Shown here: in pieces, positions 50,259 through 59,755 of the stretch | How positions within the stretch are numbered: the first letter of the stretch is position 1 | Layout of the letters: each line of letters starts with the position of its first letter | Assembly (NCBI GenBank): GCA_964585065.1 | Contig: CAZPCB010000002.1 | Coordinates: 166,967-230,966 of the forward strand | Source of the DNA: an uncultured Candidatus Saccharibacteria bacterium | GTDB taxonomy: Bacteria; Patescibacteriota; Minisyncoccia; SW-4-49-11 | DNA length: 64,000 nucleotides | Reading direction: 5' to 3' | Position numbers and translations under genes: made by a program | Notes under the pieces: model-generated | The model's database searches: none | Told to the model about the DNA's origin: nothing | Seen by the model: only the letters and a program-made list of their open reading frames with translations

Positions 50259-51019
50259 TTATAACTGTTACGAATCAGAAGGGGGGTACAGGAAAAACAA
50301 CTACAAGTATTAATCTAGCTTCATATTTAGCAAAATTAGGAAAAAAAGTGTTATTAGTAGATCTTGATCCCCAAAGTAATGCTACCAGTGGGCTTGGTTT
50401 TGAACTGGGAAATAAAGCTGGATTATATGAATTAATGATGGATGAGAATATTCCTTTAAGTCATAGCATTCATACGACTCGTTCTTCCAAATTAGATATT
50501 ATTGCAGGAACACCTGATGTTGCTGGAATTGGAGTCGAGCTGGTGAATATGCCAAGACGAGAATATGTATTAATGGATCAATTACAAAGCCTTAATCATT
50601 TATATGATTATATTATTATTGATTCTCCTCCAAGTTTAGGACTATTAACTATAAATGGATTGGTTGCTGCTGATAAAATTATTATTCCTGTACAATGTGA
50701 ATATTATGCATTAGAAGGATTAGGGCAATTACTAGAAACTATTCAATTAATTGCAGATAACTTGAAACCCGATTTATCGGTACTCGGAGCCGTGCTTACT
50801 ATGTATGATAGACGTAATAGATTATCAGCTATGGTAGCAAAAGAAGTAAGTAAATTTTTCCCAGGCTATGTATTTGATACTGTAATACCTCGTAATGTAA
50901 GTCTTTCAGAGGCTCCAAGTTTTGGAAAAGCAATTCATGATTATGCACCTTTATCCAAGGGTTCATTTGCATATCGTAAATTAGCTCAAGAACTTATTAA
51001 AATTACCAATAAGGGATAA
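50255..51019 (+). CDS. parA: Chromosome partitioning ATPase ParA/Soj
   Basis: Deviant Walker A NQKGGTGKTTT...VDLDPQ. ATGA overlap with the upstream gene. Confidence 0.85.
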   Translation: MIITVTNQKGGTGKTTTSINLASYLAKLGKKVLLVDLDPQSNATSGLGFELGNKAGLYELMMDENIPLSHSIHTTRSSKLDIIAGTPDVAGIGVELVNMPRREYVLMDQLQSLNHLYDYIIIDSPPSLGLLTINGLVAADKIIIPVQCEYYALEGLGQLLETIQLIADNLKPDLSVLGAVLTMYDRRNRLSAMVAKEVSKFFPGYVFDTVIPRNVSLSEAPSFGKAIHDYAPLSKGSFAYRKLAQELIKITNKG

Positions 51020-51069
51020 TTTTCAAATAATTAACTATATGGTATACTGAATATAGTTAATATGAATAT

Positions 51070-51942
51070 ATGAGTAAAAGTCCACTTGGAAGAGGATTAT
51101 CATCATTAATCCCCAATAAACCAGTAGAGACAGTAGCTGTCTTGCCACCACAAAAAACACAAATAGAATCTTCTCAAGGGGAGAGATTATTAGAAGTTTT
51201 TATCGATAGTATAGAGGCTAATCCTTATCAGCCAAGAATAGAATTTGTAGCTGAAGAAATTGAAAATCTATCTCGTTCTATACAGGAAAAAGGAATATTA
51301 CAACCCTTAGTGGTAACTGAAATACAAGAAGGTTCTTATCAATTAATTGCGGGTGAGCGACGTCTTAGAGCCGCTAAATTAGCAGGCCTGCAAACAGTTA
51401 CAGTAGTTGTGCGGAATAATGTTAGCGATCAGGATAAGGCAGAGCTTGCCTTAATTGAAAATATTCAAAGACAAAATTTGAATCCTATTGAAAGAGCTAA
51501 AGGATTTGCTGAATTACAGCATAAATTTCATATTACTCAAGATGATATTGCAAAACAATTAGATATTAGTCGCTCGGCTGTCGCTAATACGCTTCGATAT
51601 TTACAATTACCAGAAAGCGTACAATATGCTCTTTCAACGGGAGCTATTACAGAGGGACATGCAAAAATTATAGCGGGGCTGGCAACAGTAGAATTACAAG
51701 AACAGGTACTTGCTAATATTGTAACCAATGCTCTTAATGTCAGGCAAACAGAGAAAATTGTAAAAAAAGACCCTAATAGCCAATATAATCAAGTGAGTCC
51801 TGAAATAAAACAATGGGTTTCACAATTATCAGACACTCTTCATAATAAAGTAGAAATTAGGCGTAAAGGAAAACGCTATATTGTGACTTTAAATTTTTTT
51901 GAGGAGTCAGAAATTGAAAATTTATATAATAAACTTTCATAA
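51070..51942 (+). CDS. parB: Chromosome partitioning protein ParB/Spo0J
   Basis: ParB box (GERRLRAAKLAGL) and HTH region. Confidence 0.85.
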   Translation: MSKSPLGRGLSSLIPNKPVETVAVLPPQKTQIESSQGERLLEVFIDSIEANPYQPRIEFVAEEIENLSRSIQEKGILQPLVVTEIQEGSYQLIAGERRLRAAKLAGLQTVTVVVRNNVSDQDKAELALIENIQRQNLNPIERAKGFAELQHKFHITQDDIAKQLDISRSAVANTLRYLQLPESVQYALSTGAITEGHAKIIAGLATVELQEQVLANIVTNALNVRQTEKIVKKDPNSQYNQVSPEIKQWVSQLSDTLHNKVEIRRKGKRYIVTLNFFEESEIENLYNKLS

Positions 51943-51950
51943 AATACAAT

Positions 51951-52328
51951 ATGAATATTTTGAGTATTGACTATGGTGATGTTCGCATTGGGCTCGCGCA
52001 GGGTTCTACAGATCATAATATTGCTCTTCCACTGAAAGTAATACAAAATACTGATAAAGTTTGGGATGAATTACAAGAAATTATCACTCAATATGAAATT
52101 AATCATATTTTAGTTGGATTACCATTAAATTTTAAATCTGAGGATACTCAACAAACTACTAAGGTAAGAAATTTTATTACTGAATTAGATAAGCAATTTA
52201 ATGGGACTATTGAAGAATTTGACGAGAGATTAACGAGTGCTTTGGCAAAACGATATATTCCCAGAGGGCAAAGTATTGATGTGGAGTCAGCCCGTATTTT
52301 ATTAGAAGAATGGTTTGAAAAACAATAA
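51951..52328 (+). CDS. ruvX: Putative pre-16S rRNA nuclease / Holliday junction resolvase-like YqgF
   Basis: ILSIDYGDVRIGLA RNase H-like N-terminus. 125 aa. Confidence 0.8.
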   Translation: MNILSIDYGDVRIGLAQGSTDHNIALPLKVIQNTDKVWDELQEIITQYEINHILVGLPLNFKSEDTQQTTKVRNFITELDKQFNGTIEEFDERLTSALAKRYIPRGQSIDVESARILLEEWFEKQ

Positions 52329-52329
52329 T

Positions 52330-53049
52330 ATGAAAATAAGTGTTATAATACCTGCCTATAATGAAGCTAAGAGAATTACTCCGACTATCCGTGATATTGT
52401 CGAATATTTAGATCAAGTATCTCCAAAAGATTATGAAATTCTCATTGTATTAGATGGCTCCAAGGATAATACTCTTAATATAGTGACAGAACTCGCTCAA
52501 GAATATAAAGCCATTCGCATTATTCATAATGTCGTTAATCGTGGAAAAGGTGCCGTTGTAAGACAAGGTATATTAGAGTCAATAGGAGAATATGTATTAT
52601 TTATGGATGCTGATAATTCAACTCGTATACAGGAATTAGATGCTATGTTGCCGGTATTAAAGCAGGGGACTGAGATTGTTATTGGTTCTAGGGATATGAA
52701 GGAGAGCAAGGTAGAAATTCATCAAGCTTGGTATAAAGAATTATTGGGAGATCTTGGCAATTGGTGGATACAGATATTATTGGTTGGAGGGATACAAGAT
52801 ACACAATGTGGATTTAAAGCTTTTTCTGGTATTGCTGCTCGACGTATATTTGAAAAAGTGAGTATGCGGGGCTGGTCATTTGATATTGAAGTATTAGCTT
52901 TGGCTCGATACTTTGGATACTCTATCAAAGAAATGCCAGTTATATGGTATAATGATGACAGCTCACATGTAACATTAAAAGATTATATTGCGGTACTCCG
53001 AGATACTTTTATTATCAAATATAGAATCTGGACGGGATATTATCAATAA
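52330..53049 (+). CDS. Glycosyltransferase family 2 (dolichyl/polyprenyl-phosphate sugar transferase-like)
   Basis: ISVIIPAYNE...ILIVLDGSKDNT...FMDADNS (DxD) motifs. Confidence 0.75.
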   Translation: MKISVIIPAYNEAKRITPTIRDIVEYLDQVSPKDYEILIVLDGSKDNTLNIVTELAQEYKAIRIIHNVVNRGKGAVVRQGILESIGEYVLFMDADNSTRIQELDAMLPVLKQGTEIVIGSRDMKESKVEIHQAWYKELLGDLGNWWIQILLVGGIQDTQCGFKAFSGIAARRIFEKVSMRGWSFDIEVLALARYFGYSIKEMPVIWYNDDSSHVTLKDYIAVLRDTFIIKYRIWTGYYQ

Positions 53050-53057
53050 TATCATTT

Positions 53058-54056
53058 ATGAAAAAAACAAAAACAACTCAAGAATTTCGCCAAGATCCAT
53101 TCACCTCTGAATGGGTATTAGTTTCAACAGATAGGAATAATCGCCCACGTAGTCTTGTATCTCCTATACTCCAATCTAGTGATATATCAAAAATCCTTGA
53201 TCCTTTTGCTGATATTGTAAAAGGTAAATCAAAAGAAAAAATACTATTAACAATACAGGATGATGAAAATGAAGAGCAGGTATTTGTAGTTAATAATAAA
53301 TACCCATTATTTGCCTCAGTCAAAAACCCTCATTATCAGCATCAAGGACCTTATGATTTTGTTGCGGGCGAGGGGATTCATGAGCTTGTTATTTATCGAG
53401 ATATAGATACTCCTATACGCAATTTTTCTATTAAAAAATTAGCTTTGGTATTTAAAGCTTTTCAGAAGCGCAGTTTTGATATAATGAAGCAAAAACATAT
53501 TCGCTATATTGCGGTGATTCATAATAATGGACTGAAGGCTGGAGCCACTATAGCCCATCCACATTCCCAAATTATAGCCTCCCCGATAGTACCAGATGGT
53601 ATTGAGAGAATTATTGAAGGAGCTAGTCTCTATTATCGCTCACATAAAAGGGATTTAGCTGATATTATTATTAATTTTGAACAAGAATATAAAATACGAG
53701 TTATTGCAGAAAATGATGATTTTATTGCTTTTACTCCATATGCCTCCAAGGCAGCCTATGAAGTAGAAATATTTCCCAAAATAGCTCAAGCACATTTTGC
53801 ATATAGTGATGCTGGGACATTATATAATTTAGCTAAAATATATAAAATAATATTAAAGGCATATTATAGGGTTTTAGGAGATATTGATTATAATATGGCA
53901 ATAATTACAGCTCCTGTAGATGGCAATCTCTACAAGGGATTTCGATGGTTTATTCGGTTAACCCCGCGTATTGATTTTATCGGAGGTTATGAAATAGGTA
54001 CAGATACGGATATTTGTACTATATCTCCTGAATTTGCAGCCGATCTTTTGAGATAA
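53058..54056 (+). CDS. Galactose-1-phosphate uridylyltransferase-family protein (HIT-like nucleotidyltransferase)
   Basis: HxHxQ motif AHPHSQIIASP in GalT-like context. 332 aa. Confidence 0.55.
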   Translation: MKKTKTTQEFRQDPFTSEWVLVSTDRNNRPRSLVSPILQSSDISKILDPFADIVKGKSKEKILLTIQDDENEEQVFVVNNKYPLFASVKNPHYQHQGPYDFVAGEGIHELVIYRDIDTPIRNFSIKKLALVFKAFQKRSFDIMKQKHIRYIAVIHNNGLKAGATIAHPHSQIIASPIVPDGIERIIEGASLYYRSHKRDLADIIINFEQEYKIRVIAENDDFIAFTPYASKAAYEVEIFPKIAQAHFAYSDAGTLYNLAKIYKIILKAYYRVLGDIDYNMAIITAPVDGNLYKGFRWFIRLTPRIDFIGGYEIGTDTDICTISPEFAADLLR

Positions 54057-54058
54057 TT

Positions 54059-54718
54059 ATGTATAAGATTAAAAATCTTCCTCCCAATCAACAGCCTCGA
54101 GAGCGATTGATTGAGCTTGGAGCTGAGGCTTTAAGTCTAGAAGAATTATTATCTATTATTCTGGGTACGGGATATAAAGGAGAAAATGTTTTGGAATTAT
54201 CAAAAAGAATATTCCAAGATTATGGGTCTAAAGCTATCACAGGATATCATCGAGTAGAGGATATTATGCAAGATTTTAGTCTCCCAAGAGTTAAAGCTTG
54301 TCAGGTTTTAGCTTGTTTTGAAATAGGAAAGCGTATATTTGCTGACAATACAGTTGAGATCACTACTATTCACTCTCCTCAAGATGTATGGGAATTAGTA
54401 TCAGATATGTATACTCTCAAAAAAGAATATTTGCGGGGACTTTATCTCAATATAAAAAATCAAATTATTCATGATGAGATAATTTCAATAGGGACAATTG
54501 ATCAGAGTATTGCTCATCCTCGAGATATTTTTGCACCAGCTTTAAAATATCATGCAGCAGGTATTATTATTGTACATAATCACCCTTCTGGAGATATTAC
54601 TCCAAGCAAAGCAGATATAGTGCTTACTCAGCAATTAAAAGATATTGGTAAACTAATGTCTATACCAGTTCTCGACCACATTATTGTCAGTAAATCGGGA
54701 TATAAAAGTATTGAATAG
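54059..54718 (+). CDS. radC: RadC-family JAB/MPN domain protein
   Basis: N-terminal HhH-like PRERLIELGAEALSLEELLSIILGTG and JAMM motif HNHPSG. Confidence 0.8.
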   Translation: MYKIKNLPPNQQPRERLIELGAEALSLEELLSIILGTGYKGENVLELSKRIFQDYGSKAITGYHRVEDIMQDFSLPRVKACQVLACFEIGKRIFADNTVEITTIHSPQDVWELVSDMYTLKKEYLRGLYLNIKNQIIHDEIISIGTIDQSIAHPRDIFAPALKYHAAGIIIVHNHPSGDITPSKADIVLTQQLKDIGKLMSIPVLDHIIVSKSGYKSIE

Positions 54719-54831
54719 TACATAATATGTTAACTCATAACATATTATGTAGATAGCTTAAATATGCTATGTTTAGCCCTTTACTAATTGGGTAAAATAG
54801 TGTATAATTGCTCTATCTAATCAGAATCTTT

Positions 54832-55449
54832 ATGGCAGATATTCAACAAATACCAGAAGCACAACAAAAAGCAAAAAAAGGGCAAACTGAATTATGGGAT
54901 TTGATCCAAACAATACTTATTTTTGCTGTTGTTTATTTTGTCGTTAAGACATATATTGCACAGCCATTTTTGGTAAAAGGTCGTTCTATGGAACAAACAT
55001 TTTCAGATGGAGACTATCTCATTGTAGATGAATTCTCTTATCGCTTTCGTGATCCACAACGATTTGAAGTTGTTGTTTTCCATACTGAATTTATTCCGGG
55101 AGGAGCTGAGAGGGAATATTATATTAAAAGAGTAATTGGGCTTCCAGGAGATAGAGTGGTGATAAAAGATGGAAAAGTTACTATATATGAAAAGAATGGA
55201 GAAGTTCCAACTGAATTAGAGGAGGCTTATATTTTAGATGGGATTAAAACCCTTTCTCCTGAACCAATAGATATTGTCTTGGAGGCTAATAAATATTTTG
55301 TATTAGGAGATAATAGAGGGAATAGTTCAGATTCTCGCTATTGGGGGGTATTAGATAAGTCCTATATTGTGGGAAAACCTGCAGTTAGACTATTCCCATT
55401 CAATGAGATAACTGTGTTTTCCAAGGGGAAATTTATAGAAAGTAATTAA
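54832..55449 (+). CDS. lepB: Signal peptidase I
   Basis: VKGRSM (Ser nucleophile), YIKRVIGLPGD (Lys), GDNRGNSSDSRYWG. The ORF track starts at a TTG (54808). The first ATG at 54832 follows a TATAAT box at 54803-54808. Confidence 0.85.
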   Translation: MADIQQIPEAQQKAKKGQTELWDLIQTILIFAVVYFVVKTYIAQPFLVKGRSMEQTFSDGDYLIVDEFSYRFRDPQRFEVVVFHTEFIPGGAEREYYIKRVIGLPGDRVVIKDGKVTIYEKNGEVPTELEEAYILDGIKTLSPEPIDIVLEANKYFVLGDNRGNSSDSRYWGVLDKSYIVGKPAVRLFPFNEITVFSKGKFIESN

Positions 55450-55457
55450 CATAGAGT

Positions 55458-56738
55458 ATGAGTAATAAGATATTTCAGATAATTCCTTCACTATCACAAA
55501 ATAAAATTACAAGTGAAACAACTGCTATTTGGGAACATATTGTTGCGGATATACGATTAACCCTACAAAGTACAGGGTATCAGCATAATGTATTTGCTTT
55601 TAGTCAAAAAATTTCTTTATTTACTCCAGAAATAATTTCCGCATTAAATCTTAATGATAAAAAATCTTTACTGACTCTCAAAAGAGCAAGTAAAGATGCT
55701 ATTGTTATGAGTGTGCCAGGACCTATAAGTATATTCAAATCAGTTATTGATCATAATCTTGAATATCAAGAAGAACCATTAAAATTATTTGACTATGGAA
55801 TATCATTGGTAGATGAGGATGATGATATTACAACAGAGCCAAAGCAATTACATGTATTTAAAGCTGAATGTATTGGGGATGATACTCCTGTGAGGGATGC
55901 TGAATTAATTCTCACTACGTATCGAATGTTGGAAGAATTAGCCATACCTAATTTAATAGTGACAATAAATGAGCTTGGAGGGCAAGAATCTCGGCGAAAA
56001 TATTATGAGGAATTAGTGTCAAAGGCACAGCCTCGTTTTGCAGAATTAGTTCAATCATTACAATATAATCCTATACAATTATATAATGAATTATCTTCAG
56101 AAGATACTGATATTAATTTACGATTACCGCAAATTGTAGATTATTTGAGCACTTCTGAAACTCAGTATTTTAAAGCAATATTAGAATTTTTGGAGACATT
56201 AGATATTCCTTATGAATTAGATTCTAGTCTTTCGGGTTCAATTGGATTTAATGAGGGAGTATATTTTGAAATTAGAAGTCAGGATAATCCAGATATTGTA
56301 CTGGTACGTGGAGGAAGACATAATGAATTATTTACTCTTTTGGGAGGAGATAAAAAAGCAGGATCAGTGGGGGTAGAAATTTATGTGGATGCGCTTGTAC
56401 ATATTGTTGCACAAATACAGACAGATGTGGTGATTGAGAAAAAAAAGCCGGATATTTTTGTAGCTTCTATTGGTCCTGAAGGACAAAAAAGTGCTTTAAA
56501 AATATTATCTCTGATTCAAAAACATGGACTTGGAGTAAAAGAAAGCTTTGGAATCAAAAGTCTCAAACAACAATTATTAAAAGCAAAAAAATCAGATGCG
56601 GAGATTACTCTTATAGTTGGTCGTAAGGAGGCTGTGGATGGGACGGTTATACTTAGAGATAAAGAAAGTGAAAATCAAGAAGTAATACCTATTGAAAAAT
56701 TATTATCCATTATTAGTCATAAATTAGAGAAAGAATAA
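55458..56738 (+). CDS. Divergent histidyl-tRNA synthetase-like class II protein
   Basis: Class II motif-3-like RGGRHNELFTLLGG (cf. HisRS GGGRYDGL). HisRS-like N-terminal core. C-terminal anticodon-binding-type alpha/beta domain. Confidence 0.5.
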   Translation: MSNKIFQIIPSLSQNKITSETTAIWEHIVADIRLTLQSTGYQHNVFAFSQKISLFTPEIISALNLNDKKSLLTLKRASKDAIVMSVPGPISIFKSVIDHNLEYQEEPLKLFDYGISLVDEDDDITTEPKQLHVFKAECIGDDTPVRDAELILTTYRMLEELAIPNLIVTINELGGQESRRKYYEELVSKAQPRFAELVQSLQYNPIQLYNELSSEDTDINLRLPQIVDYLSTSETQYFKAILEFLETLDIPYELDSSLSGSIGFNEGVYFEIRSQDNPDIVLVRGGRHNELFTLLGGDKKAGSVGVEIYVDALVHIVAQIQTDVVIEKKKPDIFVASIGPEGQKSALKILSLIQKHGLGVKESFGIKSLKQQLLKAKKSDAEITLIVGRKEAVDGTVILRDKESENQEVIPIEKLLSIISHKLEKE

Positions 56739-56759
56739 ATTGGTAAATCAATACAAAGA

Positions 56760-57300
56760 CAAACAATAATTAATTATAAACTGTAGAGTGGTTGACAAGT
56801 GGGGGAGGAGGTCCCCTCCGAAGGGAGACAAAATACAAGTTGCACAAAAATCCAAACACAGGTGACTGAGAGGTCACCCCTACGAGATTTTATAAAAAGT
56901 TTGTATATATCTCAAGTGCTAATATATACAAACTAGGGTACTTTGTATATATCTATGAATAAGATGAGATACATCGTAGACAAAATGAGATTGGTGTAGG
57001 GTGGCCTTACAATCGCATATGTTTTCGTAACAAAAGAATTATTACTTTTATCCCCCCCTTTTTTTTTGGGGTAGGGGCTGAAAGGCGGGGGTGTATAAGA
57101 TAAAAACTTGAACTCTATCCACCTCCGGCCTGACGGCCACCTCCTCCAAAGGAGAACAATTTTTGTATCAAGCTATGTTTTGTAAGTTATTAATGTATAG
57201 TAATCTGTTTTATATATTAATTTCCCCATCTCCTACAGGTAATAGATAGTAATACAGAGAATAACCGTGACACTCCTCTCTGTACAGAGAATATAATATA
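56760..57300. repeat. GC-rich hairpin-dense palindromic intergenic element, copy B (paralogous to 41100-41480)
   Basis: Shares the core with copy A (about 80% identity over about 70 nt from 56954). Contains a perfect 11-bp palindrome TTTGTATATAT/ATATATACAAA (56900-56932), a C7T9G4 homopolymer run (57052-57071) and a direct repeat TACAGAGAATA. Confidence 0.6.
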
Positions 57301-57333
57301 TATTATAATAATAGTATATTAATTTTTATTATT

Positions 57334-58326
57334 ATGTCTAAAGATATAGATTCTAGTTTAGAATCATCAGGTGAAAAACAAGTTTATGCCTCATCTCAGA
57401 GAAGATTGATTGCATATGTTTTGGATTTTATTTTAGCATTCTGGATATCATATGTATTATATATAATAAGTTTTATTATCATTATATTAGCCCCGTTTCC
57501 TCTTGTTACCTTGTATAATAATATACATAATAGAGTGCTTGAACTATTTGATAACAATATAATAATTTTTGGATTGATTCTATATACTGTTTATTTTGGT
57601 TTATCCTTTCTCATCTTTGGGAATACATTGGGAGGGAAGTCTACGGGAATTAATGTTGTGAATACGGCAGGGGGTATTATATCTAAAAGAAAACTAGCTT
57701 TTAGGGGGCTGATTATAGGAGTGTTGACGTCATTATCTCCATTGATACTATTACTATCAATTACTACCTTATTTGATAAAAAGAAAAGAACTTTGTATGA
57801 TATGGTGCTTGGTACGGTGGTTAATAAAGAATTATCTCATAATAATTATGATTCACTACCACAAAATCAAGTATATGCATCAGCTTTAAGAAGATTTTCT
57901 GCATATACTTTAGATATAATTCTTTTGATTATTATTTCGGTTGTCTTGAGTACGGGGTTTTTATTTGCTTATTTGGGAGGTATTATAGGATCTGCTGGAT
58001 TTGATCCTTTTGTTGGGCTTGCTCAAAATCAATTTTTAACTGACATTGTAACTACAAATAAATATGAGAGCCTTTATAGTTTGATTTATATTTTTTACTT
58101 TTTCTTCTCATTTCTCCTATTTGGGAATACATGGGGAGGGTATATTTTGAAAATTGAATCAGTAAATAGTGGTGGTGAGCGAGCATCAAAAATTAAGCTT
58201 GCTTTTAGAGCTTTGTGGTTTGTATTAATCCCAATTAGTGCAATAACAGTTTTATTTAATGACAAAAAAAGAGCTGTACATGATGTAGTTTTCGGTACAG
58301 TGGTGACTAAAGATAGAATCTTATAG
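57334..58326 (+). CDS. RDD-family membrane protein with tandem duplicated RDD domains
   Basis: Two homologous halves, each starting YASSQRRLIAYVLDFIL / YASALRRFSAYTLDIIL and ending KKRTLYDMVLGTVV / KKRAVHDVVFGTVV. Confidence 0.5.
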   Translation: MSKDIDSSLESSGEKQVYASSQRRLIAYVLDFILAFWISYVLYIISFIIIILAPFPLVTLYNNIHNRVLELFDNNIIIFGLILYTVYFGLSFLIFGNTLGGKSTGINVVNTAGGIISKRKLAFRGLIIGVLTSLSPLILLLSITTLFDKKKRTLYDMVLGTVVNKELSHNNYDSLPQNQVYASALRRFSAYTLDIILLIIISVVLSTGFLFAYLGGIIGSAGFDPFVGLAQNQFLTDIVTTNKYESLYSLIYIFYFFFSFLLFGNTWGGYILKIESVNSGGERASKIKLAFRALWFVLIPISAITVLFNDKKRAVHDVVFGTVVTKDRIL

Positions 58327-58431
58327 GGTACTGGAAGTAAAAATTGTATTGAATACGATATATGGGGGGATATTTATTTTAGATTTATCTATTAATTTAC
58401 CCATTTCCTACACCTCATCTTATACATACTA

Positions 58432-58460
58432 TTGCTAATCTTTTGATTTTGTGATACAAT
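58432..58460 (+). promoter_or_regulatory. Putative rpsU promoter TTGCTA-17-TACAAT
   Basis: Hexamers at 58432-58437 and 58455-58460. Predicted TSS about 58467, immediately followed by a hairpin (AGUCUU-GCAA-AAGACU + U-run). Confidence 0.45.
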
Positions 58461-58525
58461 TTTAACAAAGTCTTGCAAAAGACTCATTTTTAGTGAATGA
58501 AAACAATGAAAGGAGGTTATATTAT

Positions 58526-58795
58526 ATGGTAGAAGTAAGAAAGAGAGAAAGAGAAAGCGTAGAGTCTATGATTCGACGCTTCACTCGACGTATTCAGAAA
58601 AGCGAAGTATTAGTTGAAGCCCGAGCCTCACGATTTTTGACCAAGAATAAGTCAAAGACCAAGCAAAGACAAGCAGCAATTAAAAAAGTTCAATTTTTAA
58701 CTGAGAAAGATAAATTAGTTAAAATGGGGAAAGTTCGTTCAACAGAAAGACTTCCTAATAAGTATAAGTTGAAAATTAAAGCAAGTATCAAATAA
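58526..58795 (+). CDS. rpsU: 30S ribosomal protein S21
   Basis: MVEVRKRERESVESMIRRFTRRIQKSEVL matches the S21 consensus. Strong SD AGGAGG 9 nt upstream; start moved to the ATG at 58526. Confidence 0.8.
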   Translation: MVEVRKRERESVESMIRRFTRRIQKSEVLVEARASRFLTKNKSKTKQRQAAIKKVQFLTEKDKLVKMGKVRSTERLPNKYKLKIKASIK

Positions 58796-58806
58796 TACCT
58801 TTCACT

Positions 58807-59247
58807 ATGTCTCAAATTGCGCTTCAAATTAAAAAAGATATGATACAGGCCATGAAAGATCATGATGATCTTAAAAAGACTGTACTCAGAACTTTTAGTT
58901 CAGAATTTAAAAATGCTGAAATTGATAAAGGAGCCCCTTTGGAGGATATTGATGTTCTTAAGGTATTGGCTCGACTTGAAAAACAACGAAAAGATTCTAT
59001 TCAAGCTTATCGCGATGCGGGAAGACAAGATTTGGTTGATTCAGAGCAGGCTGAACTTGATATTATTCAATCTTATTTGCCAGCAAAACTTTCAGATGAA
59101 GAATTAGCTCAATTAGTAGATGCGAGTATTGCTGAATTGGGAGATGCTGCGAATTTTGGTTCTGTGATGAAATCAGTAGTTACAAAAGCCCAAGGTAAGG
59201 CTGATGGGAATCAGATTAAAACCTTAGTTCAAGCTAAATTAGGATAA
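58807..59247 (+). CDS. GatB/YqeY domain protein
   Basis: YqeY-family sequence in the conserved rpsU-yqeY arrangement. Confidence 0.75.
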   Translation: MSQIALQIKKDMIQAMKDHDDLKKTVLRTFSSEFKNAEIDKGAPLEDIDVLKVLARLEKQRKDSIQAYRDAGRQDLVDSEQAELDIIQSYLPAKLSDEELAQLVDASIAELGDAANFGSVMKSVVTKAQGKADGNQIKTLVQAKLG

Positions 59248-59250
59248 TAT

Positions 59251-59709
59251 ATGATATTGGAATTTGAAACACAAGTTCCAAATATTCCGGACTATAATAA
59301 TCTTATAGCTTTATGTGTTGATACCTTTAGCAATTATATTGACCGTAACTTGCAAGAGACTACGGTCAGTATTGCTATTGTACCAGAAGAGACAATTCAA
59401 AGTCTCAATGCTCAATATAGGTCTCAGGATAAAGTAACTGATGTATTGTCATTCCCGCTATGGGATAAGGCGAGTATTCAGAGTTTGCCGGAGCAAATTT
59501 TAGGAGAAATTGTTATATGTTATAATCGTGCCCTGTCACAAGCTCAAGATTTAGAGCATAGTATAGAATATGAAATTGCTGTACTATGTATACATGGATT
59601 ATGTCATCTTATAGGATATGATCATTTGACGGATAGTGAATATGAGAAGATGAAAGAAGTGGAGCAAGAATTATTGACAATAGTCAAAAAACACTATTCC
59701 TTTTCCTAA
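59251..59709 (+). CDS. ybeY: Endoribonuclease YbeY (rRNA maturation factor)
   Basis: Zinc motif HGLCHLIGYDH. Confidence 0.85.
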   Translation: MILEFETQVPNIPDYNNLIALCVDTFSNYIDRNLQETTVSIAIVPEETIQSLNAQYRSQDKVTDVLSFPLWDKASIQSLPEQILGEIVICYNRALSQAQDLEHSIEYEIAVLCIHGLCHLIGYDHLTDSEYEKMKEVEQELLTIVKKHYSFS

Positions 59710-59755
59710 ATAAATGTGATATGATAAAAAGAGATAAAAACAATACAGATAAATT

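Noticed and set aside
51020-51069. parS site between parA and parB (9-bp inverted repeat TTAACTATA...TATAGTTAA)
   Set aside because: It does not resemble the conserved parS consensus TGTTTCACGTGAAACA. It more likely reflects the palindromic TGgTATACT promoter region of parB.
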